A DNA stretch of 64,000 nucleotides from an uncultured Acidobacteriota bacterium (lineage in GTDB: Bacteria > Acidobacteriota > Thermoanaerobaculia > Multivoradales > JAHEKO01). Positions 21,530 through 31,375 of the stretch are shown here, piece after piece. Positions within the stretch are counted from its first letter, which is position 1. Every line of letters starts with the position of its first letter. A model generated the notes under the pieces. That model was not told the origin of the DNA and did no database searches. It worked only from the letters and a program-made list of their open reading frames with translations. The stretch is taken from contig CAVQNG010000001.1 in NCBI GenBank assembly GCA_963713825.1, positions 32,001-96,000 of the forward strand. Reading direction: 5' to 3'. The translations under genes were made by a program, and so were the position numbers.

Positions 21530-21597
21530 CCCACTCATATCCCCCCTGATTCCCCCCCATTTCGAGGGATGCGGAGGCCGTTGCCCGGCCTCAGAAT
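21530..21597 (+). promoter_or_regulatory. Conserved C-rich activator box/promoter, copy 4
   Basis: CCACTCATATCCCCCCTGATTCCCCCCCATTTCGAGGGATGCG-N18-CAGAAT. Confidence 0.75.
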
Positions 21598-21622
21598 GAC
21601 GGTGCACAAGGAGGAAGTGACG

Positions 21623-21886
21623 ATGTCGAAGTCGCCAGTAGAGAGAGACATCGAGTTCGGTGGCCCCGCCACCTATCGCATCGTCGTTCAAGGCGAGCTG
21701 ACCCAGGACTGGAGCGGGAGGCTCGGTGGCCTGCGGATCGTGAACTGCAGCAGGGAAGGCCGGGCCGCCCGTACGCAGCTCGAAGGGCGAATCCGCGACC
21801 AGGCGGAGCTCAGCGGCGTGCTCGGCACCCTCCATGGCCTTCACCTGCCGATCCTCGAGGTTCTGGAGATCGAGGGCGAAGAATGA
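21623..21886 (+). CDS. Small conserved hypothetical (YRIVVQG...DQAELSG family), copy 1
   Basis: 87 aa, AGGAGG RBS, paralogue of 31020-31283. Confidence 0.8.
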   Translation: MSKSPVERDIEFGGPATYRIVVQGELTQDWSGRLGGLRIVNCSREGRAARTQLEGRIRDQAELSGVLGTLHGLHLPILEVLEIEGEE

Positions 21887-21927
21887 ACTGGCTTCGAAGT
21901 TCGCCTCGGCCTCAAAGGAGGAAAGTG

Positions 21928-23535
21928 ATGAGACGAAATGCAAAACAAGAACGACTGACCCTCGCTTGGGCTGCCGGCCTTCTGGCGGTGACCGCCCTCG
22001 CATGGACCACAGTCGGATGCGCGCCGCAGGGTGGGTCGCAAGGTGATACCTCCGAGGCTCAGACAGCGGTCGCTCCACCGACGATGAAGATGACCACCGA
22101 CATTCCGGCATCGATCACTGCACCGGATTCGGTGGAGACTTCGATCGGCACTCTCGAGTACTTCGACGGCGTGCCGAAGAAGGAGACGGTCAAGACCGTG
22201 TACGACTATCTCGACCGCTCGCGGGCGGTCAACGTCTATCTCAACTCGATTCCCGCCCTGTCCATGAACGCCCTGCGCGAAGGACAGGCCGCCATGGGCG
22301 CAGATTCAAGCAACAAGATCGTCATCTATGACAACCTGATGGACTCCAAGACCATCCTGCTGACCGGCAATACATCAACGATGTACGCTCTTGGGTTCCT
22401 TGACCTCCTCAAGGACGGTCCGACTGTCATAGACCTGCCGCCTGGCATGCTGGGCATTCTGGACGATATGGCTTTCAAGTACATGGTTGACCTCGGCGTC
22501 GCGGGCCCTGACAAGGGCAAAGGCGGCAAGTACCTCGTCCTGCCTCCTGGTTACAAAGGTGATGTTCCAAAAGGATACTTTGTCGTTCCTTCCAAAACCA
22601 GCGGTGTATGGGTCTTCATGCGCGGGTATCTCGATAAGAGCCTGCCGATCGAGAAGGCGATCCCGGGCGCTTCAAAGAACATCCGGGACACGCTGAAGGT
22701 TTACCCGTTGTCGACCGTGCAAAACCCGCCGGTGACGGAGTTCATCAACGTGTCCGGCAAGGACATGCACATGATCCTCCCCAATGACTACAGCGCATTT
22801 GAGAAACTGCATGCTCTGATCCAGACCGAGCCGGATGACTATCTCGGGCCGGAAGCCAAAGGCATGATGGCCGCTATAGGTATTGAAAAAGGTAAGCCCT
22901 TTGATCCAGATGCACGGATGAAGAAGATCTTGACCGATGCGGCTGACATTGCCAATGCCGCTGCCCGCGCGATCAGCTACTTCCCGCGTGACCCCGGCAA
23001 CCTGACCTTCAAGGATAGCAATGCCTGGGTTACCGCCTACGCCGACAAAGACACCACCTTCACCCGCAACGGCGCCTATCGTCTCGACCCGCGCGTCCTT
23101 TTCCACTTCGGCTACATCTGCGTTTCTCCGGCCATGGCCATGACCGTTCCTGGAAAAGGCTCCGACTACTCCATGGGAATGCTCGATTCCAAAGGCAACG
23201 TCCTGGATGGTTCCAAAACCTACAAACTGCACATCCCACCGAATCCGCCAGCCAAGGACTTCTGGGCCATCACCATGTATGACACTCAGACCCGTTCCCA
23301 ACTGCAGACCGATCAGCAGTTCCCAACCCTTGGAAGTCAGGATAAAGGCATTAAGACCAATCCCGACGGATCGATGGATATTTACTTTTCCCCGAAAGCC
23401 CCCAAAGGCATGGAAGGCAACTGGCTCCAGACCATTCCAGGAAAAGGCTGGTTCATTGCCCTGCGTATCTATGGGCCCGAACAGCCCTGGATCGACCAGA
23501 CCTGGCGTCCGGGTGAAATCGAGCTGGTTCAATAG
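21928..23535 (+). CDS. DUF1254/DUF1214 lipoprotein, paralogue 2
   Basis: Same motifs as paralogue 1; lipobox TVGC; GGAGG RBS. Confidence 0.9.
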   Translation: MRRNAKQERLTLAWAAGLLAVTALAWTTVGCAPQGGSQGDTSEAQTAVAPPTMKMTTDIPASITAPDSVETSIGTLEYFDGVPKKETVKTVYDYLDRSRAVNVYLNSIPALSMNALREGQAAMGADSSNKIVIYDNLMDSKTILLTGNTSTMYALGFLDLLKDGPTVIDLPPGMLGILDDMAFKYMVDLGVAGPDKGKGGKYLVLPPGYKGDVPKGYFVVPSKTSGVWVFMRGYLDKSLPIEKAIPGASKNIRDTLKVYPLSTVQNPPVTEFINVSGKDMHMILPNDYSAFEKLHALIQTEPDDYLGPEAKGMMAAIGIEKGKPFDPDARMKKILTDAADIANAAARAISYFPRDPGNLTFKDSNAWVTAYADKDTTFTRNGAYRLDPRVLFHFGYICVSPAMAMTVPGKGSDYSMGMLDSKGNVLDGSKTYKLHIPPNPPAKDFWAITMYDTQTRSQLQTDQQFPTLGSQDKGIKTNPDGSMDIYFSPKAPKGMEGNWLQTIPGKGWFIALRIYGPEQPWIDQTWRPGEIELVQ

Positions 23536-23606
23536 CGCCTTGTAGTCGATGATTGGCGGCTGGTTTCTCCGCCACCATGACAGAAATAGGGAAGAAGGAG
23601 GAAGCG

Positions 23607-25172
23607 ATGAGAACCGTACCGCTATTCGCATTGGCTTTGGCCAGTCTGCTGTCCACCGGCCTGGTGGCCGTCTCCTGGGCTGCACCGCCTGATTTGAAGA
23701 TGATCACGCAAAAGCCTGAAATGAAAATGACGACCCCGATTCCGGAGAACATCACCACGCCGGATAAGGTCAAGACGCCGATTGGCACCCTGGAGTTCTT
23801 CGACGGCATTCCGATCGGTGACACCAAGGATGCGGTTTACGACTACATGGATCGGGCCCGCGCGGTACAAGTCTACGTGGCTACGATACCGGCGGTCTCC
23901 ACCTACAGCCTGCGCCAGGGCAGCCTGGACATGGGGGCGACCGCCAGCAACCAGATAGTGATCTGGGAGCAGCTGGGAGACTCGAAGTCACTGGTGTTGA
24001 CCTACAACAACACCTCGCTCTACACCTGGGGTTTTCTCGACCTGGAAAGAGACGGCCCGACCGTGGTTGAGGTCCCGCCCGATGTGCTGGGCGTATTTGA
24101 TGATGGTTACATGCGCTACCTGAGCGACTTCGGTGCGGCCGGTCCGGACAAGGGCAAAGGCGGCATGTATCTTGTCCTGCCTCCGGGTTACAAGGGCGAC
24201 GTGCCAGAGGGCTACTTCGTCGTCAAGTCCACCAGTTATGTGGTGTGGAACTTCATGCGCGGCTATGTCAGGGGCAGTGTTCAGGACCCCGCCAACGTCA
24301 AGAAGTCCGCCGACAATATCGTGGATAACCTCAAGGTCTACCCGTTGGGAAAAAAAGATAATCCGCCGAAGACCGAATTCATCAATATGACCGGGAAGTA
24401 TTACAACACGGTCCCGCCGAACGACTTCAGCTATTTTGAGCGACTCAACGAGATCGTCCAGAAAGAGCCGATCAGTTTCATCGAGCCTGAAACGCGCGGC
24501 CTGATTGCGGCCATTGGCATCGTCAAGGGTAAGCCCTTCAAGCCGGATGCGCGGATGAAAGAACTGCTGACCGAAGCTGTTGCCATCGGTAATGCCTACG
24601 CGCGCGCCAATACCGTGTTCCCGCGTGATCCCGGACAGCGTATCTACGGTCCGGACAGCGAGTGGGTCATGGCCTTTCCGGACAGGAATGCTTTCTTCCT
24701 GGCCGACGGCGCCCGCCGCTACGACGCACGCTTGTGGATGCACTACAACGCCGTTGTCGTCACGCCCGCCATGGCCGGCATCAAACCAGGCCTTGGTTCA
24801 GATTACGGCATTGTCGGCATGGACTCGAAGCAACGGCCCCTGGATGGTGCGAAGACCTACAAGCTGCATCTGCCGCCCGACATACCTGTCAAGGATAACT
24901 GGTCGGTGACCATCTACGACACGCAGACCCGTTCCATGTTGCAGACCGACCAGCCGTCCGCCGGTATCAACAGCCTGGGTGCGGGGATCAACAAGAACTC
25001 CGACGGCTCCATCGACATCTACTTTGCCCCGAAAGCGCTGAAGGGCAAGGAGAGTAACTGGATCCAGACGATCCCCGGCAAAAGCTGGTTCATCCTCCTG
25101 CGCATGTACGGGCCGCTTGAGCCCTGGCTCAACAAAACCTGGCGTCCGAGTGAGTTGGAAGTGGTGGAGTAG
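23607..25172 (+). CDS. DUF1254/DUF1214 protein, paralogue 3
   Basis: Signal peptide, GPDKGKGG, WSVTIYD, LRMYGP. Confidence 0.9.
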   Translation: MRTVPLFALALASLLSTGLVAVSWAAPPDLKMITQKPEMKMTTPIPENITTPDKVKTPIGTLEFFDGIPIGDTKDAVYDYMDRARAVQVYVATIPAVSTYSLRQGSLDMGATASNQIVIWEQLGDSKSLVLTYNNTSLYTWGFLDLERDGPTVVEVPPDVLGVFDDGYMRYLSDFGAAGPDKGKGGMYLVLPPGYKGDVPEGYFVVKSTSYVVWNFMRGYVRGSVQDPANVKKSADNIVDNLKVYPLGKKDNPPKTEFINMTGKYYNTVPPNDFSYFERLNEIVQKEPISFIEPETRGLIAAIGIVKGKPFKPDARMKELLTEAVAIGNAYARANTVFPRDPGQRIYGPDSEWVMAFPDRNAFFLADGARRYDARLWMHYNAVVVTPAMAGIKPGLGSDYGIVGMDSKQRPLDGAKTYKLHLPPDIPVKDNWSVTIYDTQTRSMLQTDQPSAGINSLGAGINKNSDGSIDIYFAPKALKGKESNWIQTIPGKSWFILLRMYGPLEPWLNKTWRPSELEVVE

Positions 25173-25242
25173 TTCGCCGGAAGAAAGCAAAGGGCGGGAC
25201 GAATCAAATCTCGTCCCGCCAAAGATAATTGGAGAAACAGAT

Positions 25243-26793
25243 ATGAAATCCAAATCACTTGTTGCCCTGGCCCTTGCCGGACTGATGATGGCTGGTATTA
25301 CCAGCACAGCATGGGCGCAAACCGGAGAGAAGAGCATTTTTGACCTTGCCGCTGCCGAAGTGAAATTCAAGCCCGGAGGCTTCAAGCCTGCTCCGGCCAA
25401 GATTGACACGCGGTACGGCGCCCTGGAATTCCCCGGTGGCTATCCAACCGAAGAGACCAGGCAGAAGGTCTACGATGAGCTCGACCTGCAGCGCGCCACT
25501 CAGCTGTACCTCGATATGTATCCCGCCCTGTCCATGCGCGGAATGATGCTTGGAACGGCACGCGATTACGGAGCAAAGAACAGCTCGGATATTTCGGTTA
25601 CGGCCGACCGGCTGGATTCCAGCGCGTTGTTCCTGACTGGCAATACAGAAAGCATCTACGCCATGATCGTGTTTGATCTCAAAGTAGATGGCCCTACGGT
25701 TTTTGAAGCGCCCGCCGGATTGATGGGACCTGTGGATGACGCGAACTTCCTGTTTGCTTTCGATATTGGCCCCACCGGCAAGGACAAAGGCAAGGGTGGA
25801 AAATACCTGCTTCTTCCTCCTGGTTACGAAGGGGATGTGCCGGACGGCTACTTTGTATTCAAGTCGCCGACCAATCGTCTCTTTTCGTTTGTTCGCGCCA
25901 ACGCGGCGGTGGTCGGAACCGGCGAGAAAGCGATGGAATTCTTCCGCAAGAACGCCAGGGTTTATCCATTGATGACCGGCCCCCGTGAAGGCAAGTTCAC
26001 CAATGTGTCAGGAATGCCCATCAATACATTGGTTCCGGAAGATGCCACCGCTTTCGAGTGGATGCATGACATCGTCAACTATGAGCCGGCCGAAGCCTTC
26101 GGCAAAGAAAAACTGGGGCGTCTCGCATCGATCGGCATTGTTCAAGGCAAGCCGTTCAACCCCGACGCCCGCATGAAGAAGATCCTGGACCAGGCCGCTA
26201 AAGAAGGCGTGGCGATGTCCCGCGTGATCGCATTCGACAGCCGCCAAGCCGCGGCGAAGGTCTATCCGAATCGCAGTTGGGAGAGTCCCTACATCGGCGA
26301 TAGCTCGAGCTTCGACCCTGACGGCTACTTCAATCTGGAGGCGCGGACGACGTTCCACTTCACCGCCGACGGCATCACGCCCGCCATGGCGGCCCAGATG
26401 CCGGACGGATTGGGTTCCCGCTACCAGACCACCTACAAGGATAAGGACAACAAGTACTTTGACGGCAACAAGACCTACAAGCTGCACATGCCGCCGAATG
26501 TACCGGTCAAGCTGTTCTGGGCGGTGACCGTATACGACCCCTGGACCCGCTGCGAGATCCAGAGCCAGCCCTACCCGAGCATCAGCAGCCAGCAGAATCC
26601 GCTGCCGAAGACCAATACCGATGGCTCCATCGATATCTATTTCTCCACGAAACAGCCGCAAGGCGTTGCGGCAGAGAACTGGGTCAAGACCCTGCCGGAC
26701 CAGGGGTTCTTCGTCTACATGCGCTACTACGGCCCACTCAAGGCCTTCAATGACAAGACGTGGGTGCCCAATGATGTCGAGCTGGTGAAATAG
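25243..26793 (+). CDS. DUF1254/DUF1214 protein, paralogue 4
   Basis: Signal peptide, GKDKGKGGKYLLLPP, FWAVTVYD, MRYYGP. Confidence 0.9.
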   Translation: MKSKSLVALALAGLMMAGITSTAWAQTGEKSIFDLAAAEVKFKPGGFKPAPAKIDTRYGALEFPGGYPTEETRQKVYDELDLQRATQLYLDMYPALSMRGMMLGTARDYGAKNSSDISVTADRLDSSALFLTGNTESIYAMIVFDLKVDGPTVFEAPAGLMGPVDDANFLFAFDIGPTGKDKGKGGKYLLLPPGYEGDVPDGYFVFKSPTNRLFSFVRANAAVVGTGEKAMEFFRKNARVYPLMTGPREGKFTNVSGMPINTLVPEDATAFEWMHDIVNYEPAEAFGKEKLGRLASIGIVQGKPFNPDARMKKILDQAAKEGVAMSRVIAFDSRQAAAKVYPNRSWESPYIGDSSSFDPDGYFNLEARTTFHFTADGITPAMAAQMPDGLGSRYQTTYKDKDNKYFDGNKTYKLHMPPNVPVKLFWAVTVYDPWTRCEIQSQPYPSISSQQNPLPKTNTDGSIDIYFSTKQPQGVAAENWVKTLPDQGFFVYMRYYGPLKAFNDKTWVPNDVELVK

Positions 26794-26835
26794 ACGCAGG
26801 ATGAACTGTTCCGGACTGAATCAAGGAGATTCGAG

Positions 26836-28338
26836 ATGAATGAGAAACGGCTGCCTTTTCTGACGGCGATCCTGGTGATCCTGGCCGCTACCACGGCCTG
26901 GGCAGAGTCACCGACGATGAAGTACACCACCAAGATCCCGGCCAACGTCATTACCCCCGATCGCGCGGAAACCCGCCTGGGGACGCTGGAATTCACGGAC
27001 GGCTTTCCCACCGCGGAGACTTCGGAAAAAGTCTGGGACCACATGGACTTCTCCCGCGCCGTCGAGGTCATGATCATGACCACCCCGGCGGCCTCGCTGC
27101 AGGGCTTCCGCAAGGGCATCCAGAAGTGGGGGCCGGATAACGAGACCATGATCTATTGGGACGGTCGCTTGGATTCCAAGGGCCTGCTCCTGACCGGAAA
27201 CACCACGGTGGTCTACACCTTCATGTGGATCGATCTCAAGGACGGTCCCATGGTCATGGAGACCCCGCCCAACGTGTTGGGCATCATCGACGATGCGTGG
27301 TTCCGGTACGTCTGCGATTTCGGCAATGCGGGCGACGACAAGGGCAAGGGCGGGAAGTTCCTGCTGGTGCCACCCGACTATGAAGGCGCCATCCCCGACG
27401 GCTATTTCGTCAAGAAGTCCAGGACCTATGGCCATTGGCTGGCCATGCGCGGCTTCATGACGAACTTCGACCCGGATCCGGTGGTCAAGAATATGAAGGA
27501 CCACTTCCGCCTCTACCCGCTGGGCAGTGCGCCCAAGGAGGTCAATTGGGTCAATACGGCCATGCAAGATTTCAATACGCTACATGCCCAGGACGCTACC
27601 TTCTATGACGAGGTCAATCTTACGGTTCAGGAAGAGCCGGCATCGTCCCATGATGCGGAGGTTCTCGGACTGATGGCTTCCATCGGTATCCAGAAGGGCA
27701 AGCCCTTTGCACCGGACGCTCGGATGAAGAAGATCCTGGCCGAAGCGGCCGCCGTGGGCACCGCCGCCCAGCGGTCCATCCTCTTCCGCAACCGCGACGA
27801 GAACGTCGTCATCTGGCCCGGCAGCAAGAGCTGGGAGATCGGCTTCGCCGGCGGCAGCTATGAGTTCAACAACGACGGAGTCAGCCTGATCGATTCCCGG
27901 GTCCGCTTCCACTTCTATGCGACCGGGATCACGCCGGCCATGGTCAAACCACCGGTAGGCGCGGGATCGCAGTATGTAATTGGCCTGCGCGACTCCGAGG
28001 GCAAGGCGCTGGATGGCAGTAAGACCTATAAGATCCACATCCCGCCCAATGTTCCGGCCAAGCGGTTTTGGGATATCACTGTCTACGATAACCAGACCCG
28101 CTCCCTCTTGCAGACGGACAATCCCTACCCAGGAGTCACCAGTATCGATCCGGCCACTGTCGGGAATGCAGACGGTTCCTACGACGTCTACATAGGCCCG
28201 AAGAAGCCCGATGGAAAAGTGAACTGGATCCAGACCGATCCCAGCAAGGGCTGGAACATGCTGTGGCGGATCTACGGTCCGACCCAGGTCTGGTACGACA
28301 AGGGCTGGCGGCCGAGTGAGATCGAGCTGGTGAAGTAG
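26836..28338 (+). CDS. DUF1254/DUF1214 protein, paralogue 5
   Basis: Signal peptide, GDDKGKGGKFL, FWDITVYD, WRIYGP. Confidence 0.9.
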   Translation: MNEKRLPFLTAILVILAATTAWAESPTMKYTTKIPANVITPDRAETRLGTLEFTDGFPTAETSEKVWDHMDFSRAVEVMIMTTPAASLQGFRKGIQKWGPDNETMIYWDGRLDSKGLLLTGNTTVVYTFMWIDLKDGPMVMETPPNVLGIIDDAWFRYVCDFGNAGDDKGKGGKFLLVPPDYEGAIPDGYFVKKSRTYGHWLAMRGFMTNFDPDPVVKNMKDHFRLYPLGSAPKEVNWVNTAMQDFNTLHAQDATFYDEVNLTVQEEPASSHDAEVLGLMASIGIQKGKPFAPDARMKKILAEAAAVGTAAQRSILFRNRDENVVIWPGSKSWEIGFAGGSYEFNNDGVSLIDSRVRFHFYATGITPAMVKPPVGAGSQYVIGLRDSEGKALDGSKTYKIHIPPNVPAKRFWDITVYDNQTRSLLQTDNPYPGVTSIDPATVGNADGSYDVYIGPKKPDGKVNWIQTDPSKGWNMLWRIYGPTQVWYDKGWRPSEIELVK

Positions 28339-28442
28339 TTGAATCGACAAGCCTCGAGGGGGACGGGCGACGACCCGTCCCACTTCCTCGATCCAACAAG
28401 CCAAGTGGCCTCGAAAAGTCGACGCAGAAAGAGGGACACGCC

Positions 28443-29402
28443 GTGAAGAAGAAATCTCTCCCCATCCTCGCCCTGGCTTGGGTGGCTGTGGGGCTGCCTG
28501 CGGCATCGGCCGATGAAGGCGGGGCTAGCTTCTGGCTGCCTGGGCAATACGGCAGTCTGGTGGCGACCCCGGCCGACCCCGGCTGGTCGTTGCCGTTGAT
28601 CTACTACCACGCCTCCGCGGACGCCGAAGGCGGCAAGGAGTTCTCTCTCGGCAGCACGATCACTCTGGGGGTGGATCTCGGCGAGGACCTGTTGATCGTG
28701 GTGCCGACCTACACCTTTCACAATTCTGTCTTCGGCGGTCAGGCGGCGATCAGCATGGCAGCTTTCTACGGGGGAGTGGATGTCGCCGCCGCCGCCACGC
28801 TGACGGGTCCGGGCGGGGAGATTCTGTCCGGAAGCGTCAGCGATTCCGCCACCGAGCTCGGGGATCTCTTCCCTTCCGCTTCCTTGCGTTGGAATCACGG
28901 GGTGCACAACGGCATGACCTACGTGATGCTCGGCGTGCCGGTGGGAGCCTACGACGTCGATCGCCTCGCGAATCTAGGCACCAATCACTGGGCAGTGGAC
29001 GCCGGCGGGGGCTACACCTACTTCAACACCAAGACCGGCTTGGAGTTCTCGGCGGCGGGTGGCCTCACCTACAATTTCGAGAATCCCGCCACTCACTACA
29101 AGAACGGCATCGATGCGCACCTCGGTTGGGGCGCTTCGAGATTCACGTCTGAGCAGGTGCAGGTCGGTCTGGTGGGCTATTTCTACTACCAGATTACCGG
29201 TGACAGCGGCGCCGGTGCCGTCCTGGGCGACTTCAAGTCCCGCGTCAACGGCGTCGGGCCGCAGTTTAGCTACCTCTTCAACCTGGGCAAGAAGCAGGTC
29301 TACCTGAACGTCAAGGGCTATTGGGAGTTCGGTGGTAGGTACCGGCCCGAAGGCTGGAATACCTGGCTTACCCTGTCTGTGCCGATCGGTGGATCATCGT
29401 GA
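28443..29402 (+). CDS. SphA / MetA-pathway family outer-membrane channel
   Basis: ADEGGASFWLPGQYGSL, PVGAYD...AN.GTNHWAVD.GGGYTY, YKNGID.H motifs. Confidence 0.85.
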   Translation: MKKKSLPILALAWVAVGLPAASADEGGASFWLPGQYGSLVATPADPGWSLPLIYYHASADAEGGKEFSLGSTITLGVDLGEDLLIVVPTYTFHNSVFGGQAAISMAAFYGGVDVAAAATLTGPGGEILSGSVSDSATELGDLFPSASLRWNHGVHNGMTYVMLGVPVGAYDVDRLANLGTNHWAVDAGGGYTYFNTKTGLEFSAAGGLTYNFENPATHYKNGIDAHLGWGASRFTSEQVQVGLVGYFYYQITGDSGAGAVLGDFKSRVNGVGPQFSYLFNLGKKQVYLNVKGYWEFGGRYRPEGWNTWLTLSVPIGGSS

Positions 29403-29430
29403 CAGCAGGAGCCCTCGCAAGGAGATCGAA

Positions 29431-30909
29431 ATGAAAGCGACAGCGTGGACCACCTTCGTTCTGGCCGGAGTGCTGACCATCGGCCCGACAACCCCCCTTT
29501 CCGCCGCCGACATACCCACCGAACCGCTTGGCGGCAAGCCGCCGGCGGACACGAAGGCGTCGTTTTCCGATTTCGATACCTTCAAGGATCAGGTGCTATA
29601 TCAGCGCGCCTTCGAGGCCGTTCTGTGGTCCGTACCGATGGTCAACAAGCTGGGCCTGCGTCGCGGCACCTTTGCGATCGGTGGCGGCGACAACGTGGTT
29701 CTCGCCTGGTCGGCGGGCGTGAAGCCCTATTTCGAGGCGCTGACCCCGAACAATGTCTCGCCCTACGTCAACTGCACGATGGACCTCAGCCAAGGGCCGG
29801 TCGTGGTCGAGGTGCCCCCGGCGAATGACAAGGCTGGCCTGTTCGGGCAGATCGCGGATCACTGGTATCAGACCTTCGTCGACATCGGTCCGATCGGCAT
29901 CGACAAGGGCAAAGGCGCCAAGCTGGTCCTCACCCCTCCGGGCTGGACGGGCGACATCCCCAAGGGCTTTACCGAAGTCAAGAGCCCCAGCTTCCGCATC
30001 GATTTCGCGTTTCGCAACGTACCGTCTCCAACGGGAACGCAGAAGGATCTCGACGCGCTCGCCAGCAAGGTCGCCGTCTACAACCTGTCGGAGCTTCCCA
30101 ACCCGGCGCCGACGAAGTTCATCGACCCGTTGAATGAACGCTGGCCAACGCTGGCGCGGTATGACGAGCGCTGGTTCGAGGACCTGCACGACATCATCAG
30201 CATCGAGAACGCCATGCCGCGGGACAAGACGATGATGGGCCTGCTCAAGACCATCGGGATCGAGAAGGGCAAGCCCTACGCCCCAGACGACGAGACCAAG
30301 GCGATCTACCGCAAGGCGGTGGTGGACGCCTATCACTACATGCAGGCGACCTTCGAGCGGGAACTACCAGGAGAAGGGTGGTGGGACGACCGCAAGTGGC
30401 GCAACATTTTCTTCCACGACGAGAACATGGGCTTCACTTGGGAGACGGACACCCTGGTGGATTACGACATGCGGGCGGTGCGCCCATGGTTCTCGGCCAT
30501 CTATTTTCCGGCGAAGGTCGCAGAGAAACCGGCGACGATGTATATCGCCACGATGCATGACGAGAACGGCAACCTCATGGAAGCGGGCAAAACCTACTCG
30601 CTGACTGTGCCCAAGGATGTGCCCGTCAAGCAGTTCTGGTCGCTGACGATCTACGACCGCGAGACCTTTACCTTCATCTACTCGCCTCAGGAGCTTCCGG
30701 GCCTTTCCTCGCGCGATACCGACAAGATGAAAAAGAACGATGACGGCAGCGTGACGCTCTACTTCGGCCCCAAGGCACCCGACGGGCTGGAGGCGAACTG
30801 GATCCCGACCTCCGGCAAGGCACCCTATGCCATGTTCCGTTTCTACGGCCCCGAGGAGGCTTTCTACAACAAGACCTTCAAGCTGGAGGATGTGGAGCTG
30901 GTCGAGTAG
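29431..30909 (+). CDS. DUF1254/DUF1214 protein, paralogue 6 (divergent)
   Basis: LTPNNVSPY, GP.VVEVPP, G.DKGKG, FWSLTIYD, FRFYGP. Confidence 0.88.
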   Translation: MKATAWTTFVLAGVLTIGPTTPLSAADIPTEPLGGKPPADTKASFSDFDTFKDQVLYQRAFEAVLWSVPMVNKLGLRRGTFAIGGGDNVVLAWSAGVKPYFEALTPNNVSPYVNCTMDLSQGPVVVEVPPANDKAGLFGQIADHWYQTFVDIGPIGIDKGKGAKLVLTPPGWTGDIPKGFTEVKSPSFRIDFAFRNVPSPTGTQKDLDALASKVAVYNLSELPNPAPTKFIDPLNERWPTLARYDERWFEDLHDIISIENAMPRDKTMMGLLKTIGIEKGKPYAPDDETKAIYRKAVVDAYHYMQATFERELPGEGWWDDRKWRNIFFHDENMGFTWETDTLVDYDMRAVRPWFSAIYFPAKVAEKPATMYIATMHDENGNLMEAGKTYSLTVPKDVPVKQFWSLTIYDRETFTFIYSPQELPGLSSRDTDKMKKNDDGSVTLYFGPKAPDGLEANWIPTSGKAPYAMFRFYGPEEAFYNKTFKLEDVELVE

Positions 30910-30916
30910 GCGAAAT

Positions 30917-30984
30917 CCCACTCATTTCCCCCTCGATTCCTTCCTATTGTGAGGGATTCGCCGGTCGGCCGGGGGTTGGAGAAT
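30917..30984 (+). promoter_or_regulatory. Conserved C-rich activator box/promoter, copy 5
   Basis: CCCACTCATTTCCCCCTCGATTCCTTCCTATTGTGAGGGATTCG-N18-GAGAAT. Confidence 0.75.
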
Positions 30985-31019
30985 GGGAAGGCAAAGGATA
31001 AGGCTAAGGGGGTTGAAAC

Positions 31020-31283
31020 ATGCCTGAACAGTCAGAAACCCAAGATATCGAGTTTAGTGGGCCAGCCACCTATCGCATCGTTGTCCAGGGGGTTGTGAAC
31101 CAGGACTGGGCCGACCGTCTTGCCGGGCTGAAGATCAGCACGGTGAGCCGAGGTGACCACTCCGCCCATTCGACCCTGGAGGGGCCGATCCGCGATCAGG
31201 CCGAGCTCAGCGGTGTGCTCGAGACCCTCTACGGCTTGCACCTGCCGATCCTGACGGTGGAGAAAGTGGAAGACACGAACTGA
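31020..31283 (+). CDS. Small conserved hypothetical (YRIVVQG...DQAELSG family), copy 2
   Basis: 87 aa; DIEF.GPATYRIVVQG...LEG.IRDQAELSGVL.TL.GLHLPIL. Confidence 0.82.
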   Translation: MPEQSETQDIEFSGPATYRIVVQGVVNQDWADRLAGLKISTVSRGDHSAHSTLEGPIRDQAELSGVLETLYGLHLPILTVEKVEDTN

Positions 31284-31375
31284 TCGATGCAGCCATTCGA
31301 TCGCAGATCGAGGGCCTCGGCTTTCCTGACCATGAATTCTGGCCATTGCTTCTCGATTGCAGGTAAGACCCTGTC

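Noticed and set aside
25193-25220. Intergenic hairpins (also ~28360-28381 and ~36733-36765) as ncRNAs
   Set aside because: Simple GC stems between co-oriented genes; most likely mRNA stabilisers or terminators.
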